A stretch of DNA of 64,000 nucleotides from contig JBFWRP010000001.1 of NCBI GenBank assembly GCA_050248855.1, forward strand, positions 59,134-123,133. Reading direction: 5' to 3'. Made by a program: the position numbers and the translations under genes. The DNA is from Planctomycetota bacterium (lineage in GTDB: Bacteria > Planctomycetota > PLA2 > JAEUHO01). The notes below the pieces were generated by a model. The model saw only the letters and a program-made list of their open reading frames with translations, was not told the DNA's origin and did no database searches. Positions 18,654 to 27,606 of this stretch are shown piece by piece (position 1 is the first letter of the stretch; each line of letters opens with the position of its first letter).

Positions 18654-20138
18654 CTAGCGCGGCCTGCGACGCTCGGGCGCGACGGGCTCCCCGTCCTCGG
18701 GATCGGAGAGCAGGGCGTCCAGCTCGGCCTGCATGCGTGCGCGCAGCGCCTGGTAGCGCGGCGTGTCGCGGAGGGGGTCGAGGTCGCCGTCTTCCTCCAT
18801 CCACCCCAGGTCGCGCCATCCGGTCTCGTACGCGTTCTCGAGGCAGTCCAGGGCGTGGGTGCGCAGGACTTCGGCGTCGAGGGTTCCCGGGTCACGCGAC
18901 CAGCAGGCATAGGCGCAGGCTTGGTTGTACCAGTTGAGGGACGTGGTGGTGAACCCGAACCCGCGCAGCTCGCGCTTGTACTCGCGAATGGCCTCTGCAT
19001 AGCGGCCCGTCCGGATGAGGATCTGGGGCACCATGCCTTCCAGATCCAGGGGCCGCAGCGGGTGGTCCCACGACTCGATGATCTCGAGGAACTGGTCGAG
19101 GGCGTGTGACGTGCGCAGGGGTGCGATGTTGTAGATCGTCGTGAGCACGTCGGCCAAGAGCCCCATGCGCTCGCCCAGCGCATCCAAGCGCTCCTCGAAC
19201 CAGGATTCACGGCGCGCGTCGATGAAGCGGCGCAGATTCATGCGACGCAGACGCTCGTGGAGCTCCAGGGCCTCCACGAGATGCTGGCGGTACCAGATCT
19301 CGAGTCGGAAGAGCAGGGCCTCGTCGTCGGGTGTGGCGATCTCGCCCAGCGCGTTGAGGGCCATGTTGCGCCACTCGAAGAACCGCACGTCCTGGGGCAC
19401 CACGGGCGCGTACGCACCCAGGCCGACGGCGCGCGGCAGCGCGAGCTGTTCGTCCAGTCCGATGCCCGCCAGGACGTCCAACACGAGCTGCCGCTGCGGG
19501 TGGCTGGCCAAGACGGCGTACTGGCCGCGGTAGTAGCCCGTGTGACCTGTCGGCGACTTGCGCGACGTGAGGAGACCTTCGATCTCGGTGCGGTCCACGA
19601 GCTCGACCAGCGCGTCGAGCCGCTCGGCCTCCGCGCTGCTCCCGAGCCCCCACGCCAGGGGGTCGGCGAAGGCGCTTCGGTCGGCAGCCGCGAGCTGCGC
19701 CAAGACCGCCGAACTGGCCGGGTCCTGGGCCCAGGCCCGCAGGAGCGGATGGGCGGACGTGTCGGGCAGCGCGAGCGCCCCGCGCAGCACCTGCCGTCGG
19801 CTCTCGAGGTCCCCGTGCCGCAGGATCGCCATCCCCAGCGCCTCGCGTCCGAGATCCCCCGCCTCCGCCCAGGCCGCCAGGAGCGGGCGGGCCAGGGCGG
19901 CATCGTTTGCCAGGGCGTGTTCGAGGTCGCGACGCGCACGCTCGCGCACGGCGGCCAGGGGGCTTTCCACGCCGGAGCTCAGGGCCGCCACGCCCTCCGA
20001 CGGGGTGCTCTCGCCTTCCGCCCAGGCCACCGCCGGCGAGCGTGCCGGCGCGAGGGCGCCAACGACCACGAGGCATGCCGCCAGCAAGGCGGGCGCGCGG
20101 CGGAGGGCGGCCTTCGGCAACTTCCCCAGGGGGACCAT
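18654..20138 (-). CDS. Hypothetical secreted protein
   Basis: Signal peptide MVPLGKLPKAALRRAPALLAACLVVVGALA and coding-like composition. Convergent with cls. Confidence 0.5.
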   Translation of the reverse strand: MVPLGKLPKAALRRAPALLAACLVVVGALAPARSPAVAWAEGESTPSEGVAALSSGVESPLAAVRERARRDLEHALANDAALARPLLAAWAEAGDLGREALGMAILRHGDLESRRQVLRGALALPDTSAHPLLRAWAQDPASSAVLAQLAAADRSAFADPLAWGLGSSAEAERLDALVELVDRTEIEGLLTSRKSPTGHTGYYRGQYAVLASHPQRQLVLDVLAGIGLDEQLALPRAVGLGAYAPVVPQDVRFFEWRNMALNALGEIATPDDEALLFRLEIWYRQHLVEALELHERLRRMNLRRFIDARRESWFEERLDALGERMGLLADVLTTIYNIAPLRTSHALDQFLEIIESWDHPLRPLDLEGMVPQILIRTGRYAEAIREYKRELRGFGFTTTSLNWYNQACAYACWSRDPGTLDAEVLRTHALDCLENAYETGWRDLGWMEEDGDLDPLRDTPRYQALRARMQAELDALLSDPEDGEPVAPERRRPR

Positions 20139-20252
20139 GGGTGCATCCTACCCCCCGGCGGGCGGCCCGCCGAAAGCCGCCGGTCGGCGCGACCTGCGTC
20201 GTGGGAGCGGTTCGAGCCGATAGACAGGCGGGGGCGGGACGCACGGGAGCGG

Positions 20253-20681
20253 ATGGCGGCGAGCGAGCCGAGTGGCAGGACCTCCGAAGCGTTCGGCGCG
20301 GGCGCCGAACGGGCGACCGACCCGCGTTTCGAGGCCGAGCTGCGCCGCGGCGTCTTGCAGCTGGTCGCCCTCTTCCTGCTGGACCGGCCCCGCTACGGCT
20401 ACGACCTCGTGCGCTCGCTCACGGAGGCCGGGTTCGCCGTCGAGGAAGGCACGCTCTACCCCATCCTGCGACGCTTCGAGCAGCAGCGTTGGGTCACGTC
20501 GTCCTGGAGCACGGCGGGTGCGCGCCCGCGCAAGTACTACCGCCTGTCGGACGATGGGCGCGACGTACGCGACCGCATGGCGCACACCTGGGACCGTGTA
20601 CGCCACGCCACGGAAGCCGTGCTCGGCGCGGACGCCGCATCGCAAGCCCCCGAGGACGACGAGGAGCCGGGTGATGCATGA
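20253..20681 (+). CDS. PadR-family transcriptional regulator
   Basis: Winged-helix PadR signature (LYPILRRFEQQRWV...YYRLSDDGR). Start is an internal Met of the track ORF. Confidence 0.8.
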   Translation: MAASEPSGRTSEAFGAGAERATDPRFEAELRRGVLQLVALFLLDRPRYGYDLVRSLTEAGFAVEEGTLYPILRRFEQQRWVTSSWSTAGARPRKYYRLSDDGRDVRDRMAHTWDRVRHATEAVLGADAASQAPEDDEEPGDA

Positions 20682-21660
20682 ACCCCCTGCCAGCCCCGTG
20701 GGCCCCCAGAGCGCCGCGGCGCGCGCGTGGATCGCGCGCTTGACTGCGCTCCTGCCGGCGCCGGAGTCCGAGCGCGTGCGCGGCGACGTCGAGGCCATGA
20801 TCCTCGATCATGCCGAGGCCGCCCGCGAGGCGGATCCCGCGCTCGACGCCGACGAAGCGGAGCGCTTGGCGCTCGAGTCGCTGGGCACGCCCGAGGCCAT
20901 GGCCGACGCCTTGGTCGACCGGCCGGTCCGCATCACGTGGGCCACGTGGCGCTCCGTCCAGCGGATGCTGTGGGTCCTCGTTCCCTGCCACCTGCTGCTT
21001 TCCGTGCTGCTCACGGCGGCCGGCTCCACCACGCCGGCCTTGCCGGGCCTGCTGGGGCCGCTCCCGACCTCTTCGTGGGCGGCCACCGCCTTGGCCGTCT
21101 TCGGCGTGCTCGTGGTGGACGTCGGCTTGGTCGTGCTGCTCCACGCCGTGTTCGGCGCGCAGCTCGGACGGATCCGTCCGATCGGCGACCCGCGACTCTC
21201 GGTGACCCGCGGCGACGCCGTACGCCGCCTCGTGTTCCTCGGCCTGGTGGCCGTGCTCGTCAACGGGCTGCTGCGGCGCCTCTTCACCGTGGAGTTCGCG
21301 TCCGGCGAGGCGGCGTCGTTCCTGGTCGACGACCTGCTGGCCCTGGTGCCCTGGGCCAACGTCGTGCTGGTTTTGTTCGCCGTCCGGGATGTCGGCGCCC
21401 TGCTGCGTCCGTCGTCGGCGCGCACGCTCTGGACCGCCGACACGCTGGCGTCGGCGGCCGCCGCCGCGCTCATGGTCTTCGCCGCGGCTCGCCCCGAGCT
21501 GGTGCGGTTCCCGGCCGACCGCCTCGGCCCCGCGACGGCCAACGTCCTGACGAGCCTCGTCACGCGCCTCTTCGTGTTCCTCTTCGTGGTCGGTGCGCTG
21601 ATCAGCGCGCTGCGCGCGGTCGGCGGCGTCCGCCGCCTCCTCGCTGCCCGCCGCGGGTGA
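20674..21660 (+). CDS. HAAS/DUF1700-like membrane protein partnered with PadR
   Basis: An N-terminal soluble segment of about 80 aa (MILDHAEAAREAD...ESLGTPEAMADAL), then several TM helices. It overlaps the PadR stop by 8 nt. Confidence 0.6.
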   Translation: MHEPPASPVGPQSAAARAWIARLTALLPAPESERVRGDVEAMILDHAEAAREADPALDADEAERLALESLGTPEAMADALVDRPVRITWATWRSVQRMLWVLVPCHLLLSVLLTAAGSTTPALPGLLGPLPTSSWAATALAVFGVLVVDVGLVVLLHAVFGAQLGRIRPIGDPRLSVTRGDAVRRLVFLGLVAVLVNGLLRRLFTVEFASGEAASFLVDDLLALVPWANVVLVLFAVRDVGALLRPSSARTLWTADTLASAAAAALMVFAAARPELVRFPADRLGPATANVLTSLVTRLFVFLFVVGALISALRAVGGVRRLLAARRG

Positions 21661-22424
21661 GCGGGCGCAAGGCACCGGTCTGGACGTACCCCGGCCGCCT
21701 GGAGGAGGTCCGGCTCGTCGGACGTCGCAAGCGCTTCTTCGCGGACGTCGAGTGGCCGGACGGCCGCGCCCTCACCGTGCACTGCGCCAACCCGGGCCGC
21801 ATGACCAGCTGCGGGCGCCCGGGCGCCCGGGCGCGGATCAGCGACAGCGGCAATGCCAAGCGGACGCTGCGCTGGTCCTTGGAGCAGGTGGCCGAGCACG
21901 ACGCCTGGGTCCTGGTGAACACGGCGCGCACGAACGCCGTGGTCGAGGCCCTCGTGGCGACGGGGCGCCTACCCGCGGTGCCCGTCGACGCACCCCGGCG
22001 TCGCGAAGCGGCCGACGGCGCGGGCCATCGCTTCGACCTCCTGGTGGAACCGCCGGGCGCACCGCGCCTGTGGATCGAGGTGAAGAACGTGACGTGGCGT
22101 GTCGGCGACGAAGCACGCTTCCCCGATGCGGTCACCGCACGTGGGCGGCGCCATCTCGAGGGCCTGGCGGCTCGCGTGGAGGCCGGGGAGCGCGCCCTGC
22201 TCGTGTTCTACGTGGGGCGTGCCGACGTCCGTCGCGTGCGTCCGGCGCACGATGTGGACGCCGCCTACGCGACGGCACTCGTCGAAGCGGTCGCCCGGGG
22301 CGTCGAGGTGCTCGCGCTCGCCGGGGACATCACGGCCGAGGGCCTGGACGCGCGCGGAACGCTGCCGGTCGATCTGGGCGCCCCGCCCCCGATCCAGGAC
22401 GGCCAAGCGCCCTGCGTCCCGTAG
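21657..22424 (+). CDS. sfsA: Sugar fermentation stimulation protein A homolog
   Basis: RRKRFFADV N-terminal motif and overall SfsA-like sequence. GTG start overlaps the preceding stop (GTGA). Confidence 0.75.
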   Translation: MSGRKAPVWTYPGRLEEVRLVGRRKRFFADVEWPDGRALTVHCANPGRMTSCGRPGARARISDSGNAKRTLRWSLEQVAEHDAWVLVNTARTNAVVEALVATGRLPAVPVDAPRRREAADGAGHRFDLLVEPPGAPRLWIEVKNVTWRVGDEARFPDAVTARGRRHLEGLAARVEAGERALLVFYVGRADVRRVRPAHDVDAAYATALVEAVARGVEVLALAGDITAEGLDARGTLPVDLGAPPPIQDGQAPCVP

Positions 22425-22434
22425 CATCCGGCCC

Positions 22435-23130
22435 GTGAGCCCGACCCCGCCTGCGCTCCACGTTCGCGACCTGCGCCATGCCTTCCGCTCGCCGGAGGGG
22501 GGCGCACTGCCCGTGCTCGAGCTGCCCGAGCTCGACGTCCAAGCGGGCGAGCGCCTCGTCGTGCAGGGGGCCAGCGGCGGCGGCAAGACGACACTGCTGC
22601 ATCTGGTCGCGGGCATCTTGCCCGTCCAACACGGCACGCTGGAGGTCGCCGGCATCTCGCTGAAGGGCATGAGCGAGGCCGCGCGGGATCGCTTCCGCGC
22701 CCGACACGTCGGCTACCTCTTCCAGGCCTTCCACCTGCTGCCGCAGCTGACGGCGTTGGAGAACGTGGCCGTCGCGCTCACGTTCCAGGGCATCCGCCCG
22801 GCGGCCGCGCGCCAAGCGGCCGCCGCCTCGCTGCAGCGCGTGGGCCTGGCCGACCGTCGGGGGCACCGCCCCCACCAGCTCTCCGTCGGCCAGCAGCAGC
22901 GTGTCGCGATCGCGCGCGCGCTCGTGGGCCATCCGTCCATCGTGCTGGCCGACGAGCCGACGAGCAGCCTCGACCCACAGCGCGCCGAGGAGGCCCTTGC
23001 GCTGCTGGAGGCCTTCGCCGAGGAGCGCGGAGCGGCCCTCTTGATCGTCACCCACGACCCCGCGGTCGTGGCCCGGGCCTCGCGGGTGGTCAGGCTGGAA
23101 GCGCCGCGCCCGGCGGAGGCCGCACGATGA
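22435..23130 (+). CDS. ABC transporter ATP-binding protein (LolD/MacB-type)
   Basis: Walker A GASGGGKTT, signature LSVGQQQRVAIARAL, Walker B IVLADEPTSSLD. GTG start at 22435. Confidence 0.85.
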   Translation: MSPTPPALHVRDLRHAFRSPEGGALPVLELPELDVQAGERLVVQGASGGGKTTLLHLVAGILPVQHGTLEVAGISLKGMSEAARDRFRARHVGYLFQAFHLLPQLTALENVAVALTFQGIRPAAARQAAAASLQRVGLADRRGHRPHQLSVGQQQRVAIARALVGHPSIVLADEPTSSLDPQRAEEALALLEAFAEERGAALLIVTHDPAVVARASRVVRLEAPRPAEAAR

Positions 23131-24458
23131 GCCTGCTGGCCCTGGCGTGGCGCAGTGTGCGCGGTCGGCCCTTGGCCAGCACGCTTACGGTCGTTGCCGT
23201 GGCGCTGGGCGCGGCGCTCGTCATCGCCCTGCTCTCGCTTCGCGCTTCGACGCGCCGCTCGTTCCTGGAAGCTGCGCGCGGCTACGACGCGATCCTCGGC
23301 CCCACCGAGGGCTCGCCCCTGGACACGGTGCTCTCGACCCTCTTCCACGTCGGCGAGTCCAAGGGCACGATCCCGTGGGCGGCGTGGGATGCCGTGCAGA
23401 AGGACCCCCGCGTTGCCCTGGCCGTGCCGTATGCGCTGGGGGACAGCTTCCGCGGGCGCCACATCGTGGGTACCAGCAACGACCTCTTCCGTGCCCTGCA
23501 CGGGGCGGACGGCAAGCCCCTCGGCGAGGGCGTCGTCGGAGCCCTCTTCGAAGACGGGTCCTTCGAGGCCGTCGTCGGCAGCGCCGCAGCCGCTTCCACG
23601 GGGCTCCGCCGCGGCTCGCAGTTCCGTGCGGCGCATGGCGTCGAGGTGGTGACGCACGAGCACGAGGAGCTCTGGACGGTCGTCGGCATCCTGCGGCCCA
23701 CGGGCACCCCGGCCGACCGCGCCATCTTCATTCCCTGGAAGACGTTCTACGCCATCGGCGGGCACGAGGAAGGTGCCGAAGCCTTGCGCGCGCGCCGCGC
23801 CGCCCAAGCGGAGGCGGGCGGTGAGCCGCCCCCTGGCGCGGGCGCCCACGACGAGGACCCGGACGGTGGTCACGACCACGAGGCGGACGCTCCCACGGCC
23901 GAGGAAACGCTGGGGCTCTCGGCGATCGGCATCCGCCTCGTGAGCCCGGGTCTGCGCATCGCCTACTTGGCGGAGCTGCGCCAAGACCGCGACGACCTCG
24001 ACCCCGTGCAGCCGCTCGAGGTCATCCACGACCTGTTGCAGATCGTAGGCTCCGTCGACCAGGTGTTCGAGCTGCTCGCCTGGGCGGTCGTCGTCGTGTC
24101 GTCGCTCGGCATCCTCGTGGGCCTCTACAACACGATCCACGGGCGGCGCCGCGAGATCGCGATCCTGCGTGCCCTGGGGGCGCGCGCACGTCACGTGTTC
24201 GTCGTCATCGTGCTGGAGGCCGTGTTGCTCGTGCTGGCGGGAGGCGTCCTGGGTCTCTTGCTAGGCCACTTCGCGTTGGCGGCCGCCGCGCCCGAGCTGC
24301 TCCGTGAGTATGCGATCCGCGCCGACGTGGCACCGGGCATGCGCGACCTCGCGGTGCTCGGGGCGTTGCTCGGGCTCGGGCTGCTGGCCGGGTTGCTGCC
24401 GGCCCTCCGGGGTCTGCAGACCCCGGTGGCACGCAACCTGCAGCCGCAGGATGCGTGA
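23127..24458 (+). CDS. ABC transporter permease, FtsX/MacB-like
   Basis: N-terminal TM, a large periplasmic domain, and a C-terminal FtsX-type 3-TM bundle. Overlaps the ATPase stop by 4 nt. Confidence 0.8.
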   Translation: MSLLALAWRSVRGRPLASTLTVVAVALGAALVIALLSLRASTRRSFLEAARGYDAILGPTEGSPLDTVLSTLFHVGESKGTIPWAAWDAVQKDPRVALAVPYALGDSFRGRHIVGTSNDLFRALHGADGKPLGEGVVGALFEDGSFEAVVGSAAAASTGLRRGSQFRAAHGVEVVTHEHEELWTVVGILRPTGTPADRAIFIPWKTFYAIGGHEEGAEALRARRAAQAEAGGEPPPGAGAHDEDPDGGHDHEADAPTAEETLGLSAIGIRLVSPGLRIAYLAELRQDRDDLDPVQPLEVIHDLLQIVGSVDQVFELLAWAVVVVSSLGILVGLYNTIHGRRREIAILRALGARARHVFVVIVLEAVLLVLAGGVLGLLLGHFALAAAAPELLREYAIRADVAPGMRDLAVLGALLGLGLLAGLLPALRGLQTPVARNLQPQDA

Positions 24459-24467
24459 GCCCGGCCG

Positions 24468-25112
24468 ATGGGGCGCCTCGACAGCCTGCTGCTGGTGACG
24501 GCACTCCTCGTGGCGCTGGGCGCCGTCGGCTACGGCGTCATGGAGGCCGCGCGGCCCGCCGGCGAGGCGGGGTCGACGACCCTGCTCGGCGGCGTGCTGG
24601 GCGGGCAGCTGCACGCGGGCGTGGACCCCCTGCGGCCGCCTGGCCTGCCCGAGGGGGCCCGGATCGACCCGGCGACGGGCCGCTTGGTGGGCGTCCGGGC
24701 GGCTGACGGCGACGGCGCCCGGGGACTCGCGTGGGAGGACCTCGCGCTGCCAGACGGCCTCGTGGACATGGCCGAGATGCCGGCCGCCGTCCGGGCGCTC
24801 GAGGGTCAGCGCATCGCGCTGATCGGGTTCGTGTCGCCGGCGTTCGATCCCGTCGCGTTCCGCCATTTCTTCCTGGTGGCGTCCACCTTCGCCTGCTGCT
24901 TCGGTCAGCCACCGGGGCTCGACGGCCTGCTCGAGGTGCGCCTCGCGGAGTCGGCAAGCCCGCTCGACATGGACCCACGGCCCCACGTCGTCAGCGGCAT
25001 CCTGCGCATCGAGCCGCTGCGCCTGCGCGAGTCCCCCGACGCGCCGATCGTCCTGCTCTTCCATCTGGACGAGGCCCGGGCGTGGGCGCTCGGCGGTGAC
25101 TCCGGCGGGTAG
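24468..25112 (+). CDS. DUF3299 family protein (paralog 1)
   Basis: N-terminal TM anchor and a conserved CC motif (FACCFGQPPG). This family is typically encoded next to FtsX/MacB-like ABC systems. Confidence 0.7.
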   Translation: MGRLDSLLLVTALLVALGAVGYGVMEAARPAGEAGSTTLLGGVLGGQLHAGVDPLRPPGLPEGARIDPATGRLVGVRAADGDGARGLAWEDLALPDGLVDMAEMPAAVRALEGQRIALIGFVSPAFDPVAFRHFFLVASTFACCFGQPPGLDGLLEVRLAESASPLDMDPRPHVVSGILRIEPLRLRESPDAPIVLLFHLDEARAWALGGDSGG

Positions 25113-25121
25113 GGTAGGTCC

Positions 25122-25754
25122 GTGCCTCGCCGCCGTTTCGACGTGCTGTTCGTGCTCCTGGTGATCGGCGGTGTCATCGCCGCCTGGGGGCATGCCTTTG
25201 CGCGCACGGCGTCCGATCCCGCCGCACGCCTGCGCGCGGACGGACGGCTTCCACCGCGGCGCATCGTCATGGCCCAGGACCCGCTTGGCGGCATGAGCGC
25301 ACAGGCGCAGCTTCCCGAGGGCGTGTCCATCGACCCCGTCACCGGAGCGCTCGTCGGCTTGGCGCTGGAGGCCGAGCCCGGCGTGACGCCGCTGCCGTGG
25401 GAGGTGCTGCGCGCCTACGAGGTGCAGCCGGGCCTCGCCGGGCTCCCCGAGGACATCCGTGCGCTGGACGGCCAGCGCGTCGTGATGCTGGGCTTCCTGC
25501 AGCCCGAGTACGACTACGAGGACATCGCCCGGTTCACGCTCGTCGAGAGCCATTGGAGCTGCTGCTACGGCGTGCCCGCAGGACTCAACGGAAGCGTCTA
25601 CGTGCAGCTGGCCGACGAGGCCCCCCGTCTGCACCTGACCGTCCAGCCCGTGCGCGTGAAGGGCACCTTCCGGGTGCGCGAGCAGAAGGAGGGGCGCATC
25701 GTCTTCAGCGTGTTCGCCCTCGACGACGCCGAGGGGCAGATCCTGGGCTGGTGA
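25122..25754 (+). CDS. DUF3299 family protein (paralog 2)
   Basis: Same architecture with CC motif HWSCCYGVPAG. A tandem paralog of the 24468 gene. Confidence 0.7.
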   Translation: MPRRRFDVLFVLLVIGGVIAAWGHAFARTASDPAARLRADGRLPPRRIVMAQDPLGGMSAQAQLPEGVSIDPVTGALVGLALEAEPGVTPLPWEVLRAYEVQPGLAGLPEDIRALDGQRVVMLGFLQPEYDYEDIARFTLVESHWSCCYGVPAGLNGSVYVQLADEAPRLHLTVQPVRVKGTFRVREQKEGRIVFSVFALDDAEGQILGW

Positions 25755-25755
25755 C

Positions 25756-25857
25756 CCGTACGGAGGCGGGAAAACATGTTGCAGGCGGCTCGGGCGGCGC
25801 CGCGGGCGTCGGGCGTGCGCCTGGCAGCCTGCAACAAGATTTCCCGCCTCCGTACCC
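25756..25857. repeat. About 100-bp palindromic element, MITE/REP-like, copy 1
   Basis: Arms CCGTACGGAGGCGGGAAAACATGTTGCAGG and CCTGCAACAAGATTTCCCGCCTCCGTACC are near-perfect inverted repeats around a spacer of about 45 nt. It sits right after the DUF3299 stop and upstream of the tmRNA. Confidence 0.7.
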
Positions 25858-25978
25858 TCGCCTCCGCACTACCCTGCGCCGCTGCTCCTTGACAAACCGA
25901 CGACGACGCACGCTCCCGCGAGCCACGTCCCTGCCCACTTGGCGGGAGGTGTGGACCGCGGGACGCCACGGCCCTCGA

Positions 25979-26332
25979 GGGGGCGAACGGATTCGACCGG
26001 AAGCCGGTCGGTTCGGGTGGCGCGCCGGGGGGCCGGACGAACCCCGTCAACAAGCGCCCGGAAACCACAGTTGCCAACAGCAACTACGCTCTCGCCGCCT
26101 AGTCGCGGCGCGGCCCCTCCTCTCTGCCCACCAGGGGAGTCGGGCCGCCATACGGTGGGCTGGTCGAGGTGTCGCCGCGGGTCGGCAGCTTGACGAGACT
26201 CTACCCGCTGGCCTTCGGCGAAGCCTGTCCCGGGCGTTTCCGCGGGTGAGACCTGAAGTACACGGACTACGCGCGTAGAGGCTCGGCTCGGCCCTTCTCG
26301 GGACGGGGGTTCGATTCCCCCCGCCTCCACCA
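25979..26332 (+). ncRNA. ssrA: tmRNA (transfer-messenger RNA)
   Basis: 5' GGGGGCGAACGGATTCGAC. Tag reading frame GCCAACAGCAACTACGCTCTCGCCGCCTAG (ANSNYALAA-stop) at about 26073..26102. 3' tRNA-like T-arm and acceptor GGGGGTTCGATTCCCCCCGCCTCCACCA. Confidence 0.9.
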
Positions 26333-26413
26333 TCCTCGCGGTCCTTGCGTCGTCGTCGTTGCGGAGCCAGGGCTCCCTCGTGCGAACCGACCGGTTCGCT
26401 AGCGCTTGACGCT

Positions 26414-27256
26414 TCAGCCGAACGGCTGGGTCGTCGCCTCTTCGACGGGCTTGCCGGCACGCACTGCCGCGATCGCATCCTTGAGGTAGTCGCGGCGTTC
26501 GTCGCCCTCCAGGACCTCGTGCAGGTCGTTGTCGAGCGCGCCCCGGTAGCGGACCACACCGTCCTTGTCGACCAGGATGTAGTGGGGTGTGCTCGTTGCG
26601 CCCAGCGGCCCGCCCAGGGCGAAGTCGGGGTCCTGCAGCACGCGCAGCGGGAACCCGTAGCGCTCCTGGAACTTGCGGACGGCTTCCGCGTCATCGGGCT
26701 TGTTCACCAGGACGCCGAAGGCGCGAACGCCGGTGCTGGCCAAGGCGGCCTGCGTACGCTGGTTGAGCTTCTTGCACGTCGCACACTTGGGTGACCAGGC
26801 GATGTACACCGTCGGCTGGCCCGCGGCGCCGGCCACCCAGGACTTGAGGTCCTCGAGCGTCGTGAGGCTCGCGAGCTGCTCCTCCGTGGCGATCCGACCG
26901 ACATGCGAGCCCGCGCGGTTGACCAGGGCCAGGAGCCGGTCCTCGTCGACCGCCCCGTCCTCGTCCTTGACGCCCGCGAGATCGCGCAGGGGCGTGCTCC
27001 ACGGACAGTCGGCCCCCGCGCCGGCGTCGACAGCCACCTTGCGCACGAGGGCCTCCACGGCAGCGGCGGGAACATCGAGCGCGGCGCTGTCGAAGGCCTG
27101 GTCGTCGACGTCCTTGGTCTGGAGGCGGGGCAGCTTGTCCCCGATGGCCGTCGGCGCGGGCGGCGCCTCGGTGGCCGTCTCCTCCGCCGCGACGGGGGCA
27201 GCTCCGACGAGTGCCCAGACGAGGGCTGCGGCGAGCAGGTAGCGGATCGGCTTCAT
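26414..27256 (-). CDS. Secreted thioredoxin-fold protein (TlpA/redoxin-like)
   Basis: Signal peptide, then CATC (CxxC) in a thioredoxin-fold context (WSPKCATCKK). Confidence 0.75.
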   Translation of the reverse strand: MKPIRYLLAAALVWALVGAAPVAAEETATEAPPAPTAIGDKLPRLQTKDVDDQAFDSAALDVPAAAVEALVRKVAVDAGAGADCPWSTPLRDLAGVKDEDGAVDEDRLLALVNRAGSHVGRIATEEQLASLTTLEDLKSWVAGAAGQPTVYIAWSPKCATCKKLNQRTQAALASTGVRAFGVLVNKPDDAEAVRKFQERYGFPLRVLQDPDFALGGPLGATSTPHYILVDKDGVVRYRGALDNDLHEVLEGDERRDYLKDAIAAVRAGKPVEEATTQPFG

Positions 27257-27606
27257 GAATCACTCCTGGGAGGCGCATCGGCAACCCCGATTCCTGGGGG
27301 GGCGCCGTCAGCTGGGCCCCAGGGTACGCCCGGACCGCGGCCCGGCGGCAGTTCGGTGCGCCCCGCGGCCGTCGAGTCGTCCACCTGGGCGTCGGGCGCG
27401 CGGCGGACGGGCTTGGCCGCCCGCACCCACAGCACCATGACGGTGAGCAGCCCGAGGAAGGACCACAGCTCGACGTCGTTCCAGGCGAGGCGTCCGTGCG
27501 CCAAGCGATACAGCACGCGCAGCAACCAGAGCGTGCCGACGCCGGCCGCCACGTAGGCGATCGTCTTCCGTACCCGGTCCGCCGCTCGAGGAGAGAGGCC
27601 GCTCAT
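27253..27606 (-). CDS. Small membrane protein (2 TM), hypothetical
   Basis: Internal Met MSGLSPRAAD... of track ORF 27253..28437. Two hydrophobic helices. ATGA overlaps with rlmI upstream and the thioredoxin-like gene downstream. Confidence 0.5.
   Translation of the reverse strand: MSGLSPRAADRVRKTIAYVAAGVGTLWLLRVLYRLAHGRLAWNDVELWSFLGLLTVMVLWVRAAKPVRRAPDAQVDDSTAAGRTELPPGRGPGVPWGPADGAPPGIGVADAPPRSDS

Noticed and set aside
25869-26333. Several 80-150-aa ORFs on both strands overlapping the tmRNA
   Set aside because: This interval is explained by the tmRNA (5' GGGGG..., tag ORF, 3' tRNA-like end with CCA).
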